Shown: one piece after another, positions 14,268 to 27,430 of the stretch
How positions within the stretch are numbered: position 1 is the first letter of the stretch
Layout: every line of letters starts with the position of its first letter
Source of the DNA: Callorhinchus milii
Taxonomy: Eukaryota
Assembly (NCBI RefSeq): GCF_018977255.1
Contig: NW_024704742.1
Location: 24,740,001-24,804,000, forward strand
Reading direction: 5' to 3'
Length of the DNA stretch: 64,000 nt
Translations under genes and position numbers: made by a program
Notes under the pieces: model-generated
What the model was told of the DNA's origin: nothing
Database searches by the model: none
Seen by the model: only the letters and a program-made list of their open reading frames with translations

Positions 14268-14570
14268 TAATAATAATAATAATAATCCTTGCATTTGATA
14301 TAGCACTTTTCACATCGTCTAGGTGTCTCAAAGTGCTTCACAGAATATGCTGTAAAGTGAATTGACTGTATATTTGTGGACGAAATGCGACAGCTACGGC
14401 AGTGTCCCACAAACAGTCGTCGATTGAAGTGACCAATTTTATTATTGTTCTTGATTATTATCAGGCGTGTGGAGTAAGAAAACTTGCCCAAGGTTTTGCC
14501 CTGCCAGAAATCAAACCCAGGTCTCTCGCTTGCAAGGTGAGTGCTCTAACCACTGAGCTACAGGAGTCCC
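14268..14570 (-). mobile_element. Full-length SINE, same family, inverted relative to the 13160 copy
   Basis: Reverse complement of head, body and (TTA)n tail. Confidence 0.88.
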
Positions 14571-14739
14571 TAAGGGATCTTACTAAAGGGAGAAAAATAA
14601 TTGATTGAAATATTCAATAATGTTGTGAAAAAACGTACATGGAAGAAAGTAGGTAGATTCTCTTAGAATCCAACAGAGAAGGTTTTTCTCTACACCATCT
14701 GGACTACATCATAAAAATAGCAATCCCAGCACAATTTTT

Positions 14740-15400
14740 CAAATTACAAAGCTTGCTATGGTATGTCCATGAGTGTTACACAGGCTAAACAGAGTTGAAA
14801 TTCCCTTGGGGCTTAGACAATGACTACTCCAGGCAACTCCGGGTTAACTCAAATGACATATGGTAGACGGAAAGCCAAAAATGTAATTGATCCAGAAATT
14901 GCAACTGTGATCCCAATTTGAAAAAAAAATACACATCGGAAAGATTACTGCACCCTGGAAATTTGCCACCATTGCATGAGGCTTTGGGCACCATAGCTCC
15001 AAAAGGATATTGATGCATTGGATGGGGTTCAGAGAAGAAGAAGAGGTGATTCCACAACTTGGCGCTCTTGGTTATGAAGAACAGTGACTGGAGTGAACTT
15101 GTTTGTCATTAGAAAAAAGACTGAGAAGAGATGTGATCCAGGTTTTTAAAAAGCGGAAAGAAATGAGTAATATAGCTGCAAGCAGATTGTTTGACTTGGA
15201 TTGTGAGCACAAAACTAGGGAATATGAGTATAAAATTAATAAGCCTCGAGCAAGACTTGAGATTAGTAGGATTTTTCTTCCCACAGAATTGTGGAGAATG
15301 TGGAATGCTGTGTTGATTAACACAGCAGGATGAATATCTGGTCAGGAATGGGAATGAGGGTTATAAAGATAAGTGCAGATAGAGATAATTGAACACTATG
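14740..15400 (+). mobile_element. Old CR1 LINE 3' fragment
   Basis: KDIDALDGVQRR and SLEKRLRRDVIQVFK-type CR1 ORF2 C-terminal motifs, heavily decayed. Confidence 0.7.
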
Positions 15401-16562
15401 TGGAATTCAATAGCTCCTGAACTGCTTGGATCATGGAAACGTCATGTCAAGGAAGGTAATGGGTCCAGAATTTATAATGTAAGATTAGACAGATATTGTG
15501 GAGTTTTGCTTGATGTACCTTTGGAAAACAAGGGTAAAGTTTGCAGAATCTTTCCACAAGAGTTTTGAACTGGTTGTTTAGAGCCTGTGACAGATTGGAT
15601 TATTCATGGTTTTACCCCGTGTCCAACAAGTTTGCAGTGGGTTAAAACCGATAATTAAAACCTACTTTCCAGGTAACTCAAATTAATCTTTTTAAAAAAA
15701 CAATGCAACAAGGCATCCATACTTTCGATGCCTCACACCGATGCTTATTGTCCATTTACTTGCTTGTGAATGACAGCCAAATGCATAACACAGCAAACAT
15801 TCAGTACAAAATTTACAGCAAAAGCACTAGAGTATTTGGCTTTTGGTTATTAGAGTAATCTCAAGAGCATTATAATGTGCTCAGTCAGGAGTTTCAGGCA
15901 TCCCTGAAAATCTCTGGGCAAAACATTTAACATATGTGCACTTATCAACATCCAGTATTTGTATATTATTGCTTCACGCTGCCACTCACTTTTGGCTAGT
16001 TAATCTCAGGAGTAAACCAGAGCCAGTAATAAAACCATATGTAGGTAGAATATAAGACCATATCTGTTCATTTTTTTTACCCCTGTCAACAGTACTGCCT
16101 TCAGCTGCCTTCACTACTGTACTAATACATATTTTCTGCATAAAGGGAGTATGGTCCCATGAAGTGAATGAAATATACCAACTTTCTTCTCATCTAGGAT
16201 ATAAAAAATGTGCTTAAATGGATAACAGAAGCATGCTGCTTTTCTGGGAACAACTTACTAGACACATAAGGCCAGTTTTTGGCACCAGGAGAAATTAAGT
16301 AGTGCACTGGAATGCTAAGGGCTAGAATCTACAAGTATACAACATTTTCAGGTTATTACTTTGAACAGAATGGATGGTCATAAAATTACTCTGTATTTTG
16401 TAGCCAGTATGTTGTGTGCCATTCTCGATATCTAACGCATGGACATTAGAATATTTGGGGTAACGTGACACATGGCATCAGAGTTCAATTGTAGTCCGAA
16501 AATGCATTAATTTTGCTTTGGTGTTTTAGACAATAACCAGAACCCCAAGATTGTGCTACAAG

Positions 16563-17263
16563 CATAAAACACTCCTGAACATCCTTGGGGAGAAATGATA
16601 TATAGGTTTGTGTGGGTCTACTAAATTTTAGTTATAAATGAATTTTTAAGTTTAAATTTTTCATAACTGTTGGAAACTACCATCATATCCATCAAGGCAG
16701 GTTTGCCTGGTCTGTTTCATTCAGTTTGATAAGGATACAATAGGATTTGACAAGAAAATACATTTCTAATTTTGCCATTTTTCTCAGGCTGCTTCAGTTG
16801 AATTTAGTTGAAATAACGATATGTACCTACCTTTCAAAGTGGAGACAGATTTAGAAATGACTTTCAAGTTTTATCCGAAATGTCATCTCGGTCAACAAAT
16901 TATTCAGGTCTACTTTTCATCTTCGGTTCCAGATCATTTCCAGAAGGCAACATTTTTTTAAATAATGATATGAAATAAAGTTGTCACAGATGTGAGGCTT
17001 TGCCTCTTGTGAACCACAAATGAGTGCAATAATGATGCACATTTGGATGAGTCCAGGTACCCCATCACTCATTCTGGGATTTCTACACCTTGGCTCTTGC
17101 CAATCTGTACCTAAATGTAGCATTAAGTGAGCAGGATACATTCTAACAGAGAGTGCACACTCCATACCAGATACATGGAAATTCCCATAAATACTTAAAA
17201 TTTCGTAGACCCACACAAGCCGATAAATCATTCCTCCCCAAGGATGTCCAGGAGTGTTTTATG
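16563..17263. repeat. About 70-bp inverted repeats enclosing a 560-bp spacer
   Basis: cataaaacactcctgaacatccttgggg...gtgtgggtctactaaatttta (16563-16630) matches the reverse complement of 17195-17263. Confidence 0.85.
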
Positions 17264-18394
17264 TGTGTTGAACTGTCAGTAACTTGGTTTGGATATTCTT
17301 AAGCAATGTTGGTGAGCTTTCAAATGTGACTGACACAGTTGACCAAACAAAAATTAGCCTTTGTTGGAAGTTCTATTTCAGAGAGAATGTTGATGGACTC
17401 TTGTTATTGTGTGTAGGAGGAGTACTTCTTTGCTTTTGGAAAGAACTTTCATACAAATATCGCGGCCAGTGTTAGATACAATGCAATACAAATTTACATT
17501 TATATAGTGCCGTTCACTTCGGGAGGACACCCCAAGGAGCTTAACAGTCCTGGTTTGGCACCCAAGTTGGATTTAATAATCCTGACATTTGATGTAGCGT
17601 CTTTCATATCTGGAGGAAGTCTCAAAATGCATTATAGGATTCACTGTAAAACGTAGTGACTGTGTATTTTGTAAACAAACATGACAGCCAATTAACGCAC
17701 AATAACTCACAAACATCTATGAAGTGAAAGGCAATTTTACCTGGGAGATTGAAGGCCAAAACACAGAAGTGTCAGCCTCGACCATTAGTTCAAAGCTTTG
17801 ACATGGGACTTGAACCCACAACCTTCTGATTCAGTAGTAGCCTCTTCAATGACCAAAAACACTAGTTATGCCACCTAAGATTCTACCTCTAATTCACTGA
17901 AAACTACAAGAATAAAAAGTTAGGGATCTAAACTGATCTGGAAACATCTTTTAGTAACCAGACACATATCACATATCTTATATCCACCTGATGGTAGATC
18001 ACAAATGAGAGGTGTGCCTGCAAGTTGGCGTGATGTACTTACAGCTTCTTCATTATTAAATATCATTGTAACTTTCTGTGTTTTAGACCCCATTGCATTC
18101 CGTATATCCTCCAGCTAGTAACTTTATTAGTGCCAATTGTAGTTGAAAAAAAATACATCAATAAACAGCAGCCACATAAAACAAATTCCTCTGCCCCGCA
18201 CCCCCCCACCCCAGCCATCCAATTATTTTTGTAAAAAAAACCACTACTGTTCCTTTTGGCAGGTTCATGGGAATAAACATTACTGTGATGTGCTACTAGT
18301 GAAAGTTGTCACATCATTGATAAATGTGGTCATTGGGAATGTCAAAAAAAAGTTTATGGTGTGTGATCACTTTCCCCCTTTCCTGCACCATACT

Positions 18395-18735
18395 GATAAT
18401 AATCCTTGCATTTAATAAAACACCTTATCACGTCGATGAGATGTCTCAAAGACGTGAGAAGGTGCTACATCAAATGCAAGGACTATTATATTATATTATT
18501 AAAGAGCTTCACAGAATATATTGTAAAGTGGATAGGCTGTGTATTTGTGGATGAAACCTGGCAGCCAATTGTGGATAAGAGTGTTCCACAAAAAGTCGTG
18601 GATTGAATGATCAAATTTTTTTTGGGGGGAGGGATTTTTACGCCCAAAAAGCGATCCGCTAATTGACTAATAACCAGATTCCTACTTATTGCTTGGTAAA
18701 CAGAGGCGTGTGGAATAAGGAAACTTGCTCAACCG
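18395..18735 (-). mobile_element. Partial SINE, longer variant
   Basis: Tail, body and ggtaaacagaggcgtgtggaataaggaaacttg segment. Confidence 0.78.
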
Positions 18736-19084
18736 TGCTAGGGGATGTGTCACAATGGTTGGACGTTAAGTAGTTCTTTGAACTTGGCATTGGAGTTCCA
18801 GTTCACAGGATACTGTCTAACTGTTTTGTTGTGATATTCCACTAATAGGCTCCTGATATACTGTGTAGCTGACATCTGGCCAACCACTGTGGTGTAGTTG
18901 AGGGGGGGAGCAATCGCATTATATCGGACCAGTTGTCAATTGATGTCATTGATGGCATTTAGCAACAATGTGATTATTATCACCAACATATCACACAGCG
19001 TGATTATCACCCTATGAGCAAATCAACAGGAATAAGTATCTTTTAAAAAACTCTTTGCCCTTCTGTCCTGAAGGGGGTGGCTCT

Positions 19085-19385
19085 TTACTGCTCTACCTGA
19101 CCTTCCAGTATCCCAGCCAAGCTCAGTACTCCTCTTACCCAACGTACACACCCACACACACATGCACATACACACATGCACAGAAGTTTGCACTTACCAT
19201 CAGGGGGGTCATTGGATTGCCATCAAGAATCTTGATTAGTCTTTCATGTTCCAAGCCTAAAGTCACCAAAGCCAATTGTAACACTTCTACTGCTGCCCGC
19301 AGTGAGATCATTTTGGCACATGACTGAGAGTAAAACTGGGACCTTCCTGACCTATGTTACTGAATTCCAACTGAGCCATCAGAGG
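19085..19385 (-). mobile_element. Second tRNA-headed SINE family, LF-SINE-like
   Basis: Minus strand ggctcagttgg...ggtcaggaaggtcccag...gggcagcagtagaagtgttacaattggc; related copies at 20040-20282 and 56405-56560. Confidence 0.55.
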
Positions 19386-20039
19386 ATCTCCCTTTAACCA
19401 AATTTATATTGAGATGACAACATTTGCACCTATGTTTAGGTTAGGATACGGTACTGGTTGCCTGATACATATTCCACTACTATTACACTACTTACATAAT
19501 ATATTACAGACTCCATGTTATAACTAGAAGATAATGCTTGCATTTGTTACATAGCATCTATCAGGTTGGGACAGCCAATTTGCACACAGCAATATCACAC
19601 AGACAGCCATGAAGAGAACAACCGATCTTACTTGGGAAATCATAAATAATGATTTGGTCACTCAATCCACGACTGTTTGTGGGTCCCTGTTGTATGCATT
19701 TGGCTGCCGTGTTTAGTCCACAAAATAAACAGTCAATTCACTTTACAGTATATTCTGTGAAGCGTTTTGAGACATCTAGAAGACGTAATAAGGCACTCTT
19801 TCAAATGCAAGGATCATTATCTATTATAATTCCTGCCAAGGCAATCTTAGCCAGTCGGGACAAGGCCAGGTCAGATGATGGGAGAGGTCACATGGAATAC
19901 AAAAGATTCTCACTGTAGTAAACTGAAAACCACTGGTAGCAGTAGCTATAGCTGCTTCAATACAAGCGGTTAACCCCACATTGTCCATTTAATAATAGTA
20001 ATTTTAATAGCAGCCCTGTAAGCAGTGAATAAAACCCAG

Positions 20040-20282
20040 TGGTTAGACAATGAATGCCAGCAGGGTGTTCAATCCTGGAGGCATCACAGGAATGATTAGT
20101 CCTGCTCGTTTCCCAACACACACACAGGCACACACATAAGCATGCACTTTCCAGCAGGGGGTAGTTGGATTGCTATCAAGAATCTTAGTTAGTCTTTCTT
20201 GTTCCAAGTCTAGAGTCACCGAATCCAATTGTAACACTCCTACTGCTGCCCAAAGTGCGATCATCTCAGCACATGGACTAGA
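20040..20282 (-). mobile_element. LF-SINE-like copy lacking head
   Basis: About 170 bp directly repeated with 19150-19325 (atcaagaatctt.ttagtcttt..tgttccaag...ccaattgtaacact.ctactgctgccc). Confidence 0.55.
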
Positions 20283-20409
20283 TTGTCCCTGGGATCAACT
20301 TGTAAGGGCCAGAGATACTGGCCTTTATATGATGGTTATTCACCTATCTTTTGCTTAGCCTATTATGTAATGTGATATAACAAAATCCATCAATTACTGG
20401 TTCTGCAGA

Positions 20410-20824
20410 CTCCATCCAGTTCAAGATCCTGGTCCTCACCTACAAAGCTCTCCATGGCCTCGCCCCACCCTACTTCTGCGTCCTCCTAACCCCCTACCAA
20501 CCCGCCCGTTCCCTCCGCTCAGCCGGCTCCGGCCTGCTCCACGTCCCCCGCCCCACCTGCCCCACCATTGACGGGAGAGCCTTCAGCCACTCTGTTCCTA
20601 ACCTCTGGAATTCCATCCCCCAATCACTCCACCTCGCCCCCTCCTTAGCCTCCTTCAAGTCCCACCTCAAAACCCTCCTCTTCAACCATACCATCGGCCA
20701 CCACCTTTCCCCTCCCCTCTCTTCTCCCTCCCTGAACCCAGCTCGGGTCTGAAATGCTGTACACTGTCCTGCGCCTTGGGACATCCTCCTGACGTGAAAG
20801 GCGCTATACAAATATTGTTGTTGT
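20410..20824 (+). mobile_element. L2 LINE 3' fragment
   Basis: IQFKILVLTYKALHGLAPPY...AFSHSVPNLWNSIP...FKSHLKTLLF; tail aaggcgctatacaaatattgttgttg. Confidence 0.88.
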
Positions 20825-23800
20825 ATGTCGTTGTGTGTAATGATTATGATATGTGTTAATAAAATACAGTCACACACAAATCCACTTTGAGAAGTCCTCG
20901 TGACATGAAAGGCATTATATCAATTGTAAGGATTCTTACATTATCATTATTATTAATAATAATACCTGTGTGAATTTTGTGGGGGAACACAACAGCTAAT
21001 TTGCACACATGAGTATTCCAAAACAGCCTGGAGGGAGTAACCAATTTTATTTGGTGGATTGTTGGCCAGGATACTGGGAGAAATCCCTTTTCTTTTCAGA
21101 TAGTGCTATGGGATCAAAATGACCAAAAAACATGATTCAAAGAGGTAATTTTTAGAAGAGTTTTGAAAACAGGGAGAGAGGACATAAGGTTGAGTAAGTT
21201 TGGGAGATAATTCCAGAAAACAAGAGCATGGTGGCTTAAGGCTTGGCCTCTAATGGTAGGATGGAAGGGGGTGAGGAATGAGCAGCAGTTTTCTGTTCAA
21301 CAAAGGGCAGATTTAAAATCTTATTCTGAAATTGAGTGTTGCCTCTGTTTTGTTTATGTTTATGTAGTTGAATGCTAAAGTTTATGTTGTTGAATGCTAA
21401 TGCAATTTCTGCATGCTCTCACTTGGCTTTATGGTCCTTCTGGGGCTATCCATAGAGAAATAATGGCACTTCCTGACTGTAAAAGTAACCTTCCCCAACA
21501 AAAAATTACAGAAAAGCTTGTAGGAACCTTGTGGGGCTTAATCTCAACCATAAATAAAGAAAATAATTATTGTTCCATGCCTATAAATCTGTCTATTGAC
21601 ATAAAGGCATGGCAGTGCCAAGGTTACAAACATGTGTACCAGATTGTTAGTAATTTTCCAGCAAAAAGTACAGTTGAATCTCATTTTACAGCCACGTGGA
21701 CAGGAATATTGAAGCCATTTTTCAAAGTCTATTTTTTAATCTCAAACTGTCTTTGGTGATCAATATAGCAAACTAACTAGTTTGGTAATGTATTAACTTC
21801 CTTTAATAGCAAGTTTGCACTCTACTGCATGTTCCCAACCCAATATTTATAAGAATACTACAATTTCTTTTGAGATCTAACCTTTGTCTCTAACATGTTT
21901 GTCAGACCTATTTCTCAGTGTTAAATTGTCTGGACCATAGCTGTAACAGTGTACGTCGATCTTTAATTCTCACTCTAAGTCGAGACACAACTGCCTGAAG
22001 TTGTTGTTGCTTTTGGTATACTGTCATGATATTGGAAGAGCATTTAGTGTTACTTTTTAACTTCTTCCAGCTACTTTCCTCATCTCTTGGATCTTTTTGA
22101 ATTTCAGAAACGAAAAACCCTAATGGTCTTAACTTTAAAACTATTATTGTACAATTCAGGATTGTGCCAAAATTTTGGAAACTTCTTAATTTCAGTTCTT
22201 AATTCGGAAGCCAATTTTAATACAGTTCTTAAAAAAAAGTATTTCAAATTAAGACTGAATTTAAGAATTTTTTCAAAATTTTAAACAATGGTCTCCAGAT
22301 TGATATATTTGGGTCTGTGTAGTTGCCTTTCTAGGGTAGAAAATAAAACTGCAGCAACAAGTGGAACGTGTTCACAAAGTCCTGTTACTCCCATGGTTCT
22401 TTTCTACAGTGCACTGAAACATGTGGAAGAATGATGCTGACTGTATTTAGAAGCACTTAACTGTGTTCAGTACAAGTGTTTAACTATATTTAGACATCCA
22501 GAGGATCGGTGTGAGCTCCATCATTTTCATGGCAGTTAATAATCTGTCGTCATGTTTTGTGCGACATCTTCTGTAACCTAGATGGAGTCATGCGGAAGTT
22601 ACTGGTATCAGACATTGTTACACTTGACTCATCTGCAACACAAAATAAAAATTCCTAGTAAGAAAAAAAACAGGGAGGTAATAGGTCTTTGTGAACACCC
22701 TGTAGAGAGGTCCAGTTAAATTTGGTTCTTATTGGAGTGTTTGAATGTAATTTATCATTTTGTATATCTTATTTCATGATTTATTTTAACGAAAGATGAT
22801 GTTTTAAAATTCTTTCTGTATTTTGACATGTTTTAATGGCTAAGAAGGATTTTTAAGGTTCATTTGAAATGTATTTGCAAAACTGATTTGAATGCTGTCA
22901 GCTAGTAAAATCATAGGCAGATGATGGCTAAACATCCCCAAAAGCTAAGTGTCTTAACATGTAATTGCTTTGTGCCTCAGGTTTCATAGGAGTTGTCTGC
23001 CAAGTCTTTCATATTCCCAAGTGCGAAAAATAAAATAAAGAACAAAAAATGGAAACAATCCAAGAATGTAAAGAAAATAAATGCACAGGGCAGGTAGAGC
23101 TGGCAATAAATAGGCCAGTGAAACTTAAATATAGTAAGGCAGTGACAGAGGTCCCAGCCACAGCTGCAACAACAAACTTTTACAGAGTGCTATTGTCACA
23201 CTAAAGGGCTAGGGTTACACTTAGGGCTAGGTTTAGTATTAGTGGTATAGGGTAAGTAAAGGTTAAGCTGAGGGTCACTTATTATTCATAAATCACATAA
23301 CAATACAGTAACCAATTGACTAATTGATATTAGTGTTGGGACAATACCGCCATTCAACTAGAAATTGCCCAGATTTAAACTTTCAAGCCATTCTATTGGG
23401 ACCTAAACACACTGGAGAGGCTATTATCTTTTATATGTTTGTGAGCCTCCAAAAAGAGCTTTCTAAGCAACACAATTATAAAGTTTAAATTTATATGGTT
23501 TCTTGGTCAATGAATGAACATGCCTAATAATGGAGGGAACGACACATTGAAGAACACTGGGAGTAAAATTTAAAATAAAGCATACTTAAGACCACTTTCC
23601 TTTTCATTGTGTCTTAAAGCGAATCAGATTTGTTTTCATAGCTTCTCTGCACTAGACATTTTAGGAAATACATTGGAGAAAATCTATTATGATATTTAAT
23701 AAAAGAATATACTTTAACTCTCTGGATACTCAACCTGTAGCACCCTGCAACACTTAGCAGAGAAAGACTGGGGTCACAGGTTCCCATTTTCATGACTGAC

Positions 23801-25281
23801 ATGAGCGAGGGATCCGTATTAGAAATGTGTTGCACAAAATTTTTCTGAAAATAATAATTTTTCCAACAGTTTTCATCCTATTTGTTTAAACAGTTTCATC
23901 TTTGGATAGCATATGTAACTGCTGAAACCAAGAATTTTAGCTGCTACTTTCCAAGGTCTCTGCTGATTTATTTTAGGGCTTGCAAACAAAAGTTACAAGG
24001 AATGCTTTGGCAAAGAGAATATATTTGCTGAGAATTTACCTTTTCATACTCTCGTCATCAAAGTCATTGGAAAACCTGAAGCCTATTGCTGCTTACAAAT
24101 AAATTATATTTTCTCAGAAGAACAGCTGCTGTGGTAAGCAGCAAACTAATCCAAATAAGCACTGCCTGTCCAAGTCTTTATATGCCATATGTTTTTCATG
24201 ACAAGTCATAGCAGCTCACCTATGGTGCCTTGTTCTCCAGTACTCAAGGAATCCACCAATGCAGAACCTTACTATGTCTCAAATGATTTTCTTTGGTCAG
24301 CCGTGTGTCTGACACATGCGGAAACCAATCACCAGGCATCATTAAGAGTATCCAAAGTAAACTGTGAATTCCATGCATCCCAACTACACATTGAACTTCT
24401 CGTGTATTGGAGAACATGGTTTTAATGCTACCCTTTTGGCAAAGAGCAATTAATAATTTTCATGTCAGTAAAGACGATGCACTTCCATCATCAGAACATG
24501 CAGGATTCCAGGATGTAGCACCATTCATGGCTTGGAGCTGAGGTCTCATGAATCGGTGTGACATACATGGGGCTCCCTGTTGGAAATGGGGGTTTGTTTT
24601 GTGTGGGGTTTGTAGCTAGGCATCTGTAACACTATTACTTTCCAGAGGAATGCTTCAGACCTTATTAAATTACTTTCTTCCCAGATAATCCACAAGGATT
24701 TTTCCCCTTTAATTCTCAGCACTTCCAGGCTAAAGGTGACAGCAAATACAGTAATTAACTTTCAACAGGTTACTCAAGTCATTTGTTTTACTGCTGTACA
24801 AATAACAGGATTCAAAAGGAAAACTAATTTTAAAAAATGGTTTAGATGCCCTGGCTCTATTAATGTCTTCATTGACGGCTTTGTGTACGATTTTATAAAC
24901 AGTTGTTCTCCAATGGATGGTGTGTTGGGGGAATGAAAGGTGGAGAAGAAGATTTTCCTAAAAGTAGAGACAGAGAGGTCAAGAAAGTTAACTTGCTCTT
25001 GTTCACCTCCAAGCTTCCAGTTGCAGATCAACCTGAGCAGAAGTCTGGAGAAAAAAGGAGCAGGAAGAATTTGTTTTCCAAAAAGATAAAGACAGAAGCC
25101 ATCTACTAATTTGATTTTAACCATCTAAAATAAACTGCAGAAACCCAGCTTCAAAACGAAGATTACAATTTTCAAAACTTTCTGCATGATCTTAAATGTT
25201 AAAGTGGGGGGCTTAAAGCTAAAACCATGAAAAATGTTGTGCCTTAGACTTTCCCATATCTACTTCCCGAACTGAACATCT

Positions 25282-25585
25282 GGTAAGTCATTTGATCTTC
25301 ACTTTTAGTGTAATTACAGACTGTGAAAGTGGGGCTTTACGATGCTTCTGGCTGTTTGGGTTTTAAGCAGGAGGTGTCAGGAAAACTACATCAGGGATAA
25401 CCGGCTTTTGACGGCCAAGTGTTCACAACAATGTTGCTTTGTGATCCTTCAAATGTAAGCTCTTCCTATAATTGTGAAGCAGAATTCACCAAGTGTTGCA
25501 TTGTTCGTTCACTGACAGAAAGCAAGCAGGGGTTAGCCTGTCATGAGACAGGTTAGGTTTATTCTACTGATGATGTGTTGTAGCA
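25282..25585 (+). pseudogene. Decayed 28S rRNA fragment (domain V, peptidyl-transferase region)
   Basis: tttgggttttaagcaggaggtgtcag, cagggataac, gctcttcctataattgtgaagcagaattcaccaag, tgagacaggttag, ctactgatgatgtgttgt occur in the order known for vertebrate 28S, with many substitutions. Confidence 0.9.
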
Positions 25586-26029
25586 TAATTATGCCGACCG
25601 TGAGATGTTTTACTTTTTCCTGAAGTCAAGCACATTGCTGCCTCTTCTATCGCACCCGCCTCAAACTAGGATAGCAATGTGAAAAAACACAATGTGTTGA
25701 ATGACCTGCAGCTCAAGACATAGAGTTGAGAGGGTCTCTCTTTTCAAAGCCATTTTGTTTTTGTGGAATCTGGGATTATGGGTGGCTGAAATTAGTGGGC
25801 AAAATTATGAATACATCGATAATTTATTTTTACTGTGAAACTCTTCTTTTGATGATCTCTGCATATTTCATCAGTTCTTTGACTCAACTGGAAACAACTT
25901 GTGGAACTTAAATGTATCATTGTATCTTAGCCAACCCTGTGATCAGTTGTGCTGTGAATGATGTGCCAGCACTCACTTCTCTGATCTTCCTTTTGTTTGA
26001 ACCTCAGGAGGATTGCCCACAATCACGGT

Positions 26030-26465
26030 TTGTCAGTTCTACCCAGGTTCCTCTGGCTCCCTATTGCCGAATGGATCAATTTCAAGATCCTCACACCTGT
26101 TTTCAAATCCCTTCATGCCCTCGCACCTTCCTACCTCTCGGACCTGCTTTACCCCATAACCCACAACCTCTGCCTCCGCTAGACTGCATCCAGCCTTCTG
26201 CATGTACCCCGTGCCCTCCATTCCACCATTGGTGGCTGCGCTTTCAGCCACTACTCCCCAAAACTCTTTAACACTCCTCCTTTATCCCTCCGTCTTGCCC
26301 CTTCCTTCCTCATCTTCAGGTCACGCCTGAAGACTTTCCTATTTGAGCATGCCTACAGTCACCTCCCCCTCCCCCAGGCTCAGCATCGTGCTCTGCCACT
26401 ATCAAACATTCTGGGACACTACCCCGCATGAGGGACACTATATGAATGCAAGTTGTTGTTGTTGT
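26030..26465 (+). mobile_element. L2 LINE 3' fragment
   Basis: WLPIAEWINFKILTPVFKSLHALAPSYLSDLL; tail atgcaagttgttgttgttg. Confidence 0.85.
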
Positions 26466-26679
26466 CAATATAGACATCAGGAGGCCTCTTTCTTTATGAG
26501 CACTTTAGACCTTCACAGTCAATTACAGAAACCATTGCTTATCCATCCACCTAATTGCAGGCTTAATGGGTGCTGAGTGGTAAGAGTCCCTTCCCCCAGT
26601 GACTGGTCTTTCCTTCCAAGTCTTGCCAATGAGACAGACTGGCAGGACTGCATTCTGGAGACAGAGGACAGGAGTGCTA

Positions 26680-27430
26680 CAGACCGCCTGGCTCAGGAGC
26701 TAGACTACTGAGACCATCACAGAGGATTGGTTTAATTCTGACATTGTGTTGTCAAACAAGTCACCTTTGAGCTAGTTCAGCTCCTCCCCACCCTCAGACA
26801 GCACCCCCGCCCCACCGCCCCCAGAGGGATAGTCGATAGTTGGTCTGAGCTCTCACTCGGTGATTAGTGGATACTTGAAATTCTGCGTCCATCCAGGGAG
26901 AGAGTGTGCATTCCATTCCAACACATGGGAATTTCCACATGCAATATATCACAGAATTTCCTGCGAGGCAAAGAACTCTCAGTTTAGTTTGGATATACTT
27001 GAGCATAATGGTGGGTTTCTTTATGTGACACCCGACAGTCCAGACATAAATACCAGGAACTCAAGGCAAGCCTCCTAGTGAGCAGCATAGCTCAGCATGA
27101 AATGCTTGGACGCACATATCCCCACCCATTGAGAGATGGTTCTACCAGTTAGTGGTGTGGAGCATTAGCAGCTGCATACCTCACCTTAGAATGATCAACA
27201 TGGATTGCAAGCCCCAGGTATTCGAGTATGTGTTCATGAATTCAGAGTCCATGTAACTCTTTCTAGCAGCTGTCATCCAAAGCCTCACAATTTCCCATCA
27301 ATTATTCAACAGACATCTGGCTTCAGTGGAGGGAGGTAGGACCTGCACAGGTACAGATATACCAACCGTCTTTATGTTCTAGAGGTCCAAGTTCAATGCT
27401 TCATACCAGGCTTACTCAACACCAACATAC
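26680..27430. repeat. Unclassified old dispersed repeat, copy 2
   Basis: Shared blocks cacagaggattg, gtgagcagca, gtgtggagc, agctgtc, atgttctag.ggtccaagt with 2744-3380. Confidence 0.7.

Noticed and set aside
310..21759. Dozens of 60-127 aa ORFs in the ORF track
   Set aside because: No recognisable domains; many are translations of SINE or L2 sequence (e.g. KCKDYYYYY from the SINE tail) or chance frames starting at non-ATG codons
24220..24575. AG/GT-bounded minus-strand segment as an exon of the candidate gene
   Set aside because: Stops in all frames, and its centre belongs to the dispersed repeat found in both orientations elsewhere
25560..25600. CTGATGA as a further hammerhead core
   Set aside because: It is native 28S sequence, with no stem II or GAAA box following
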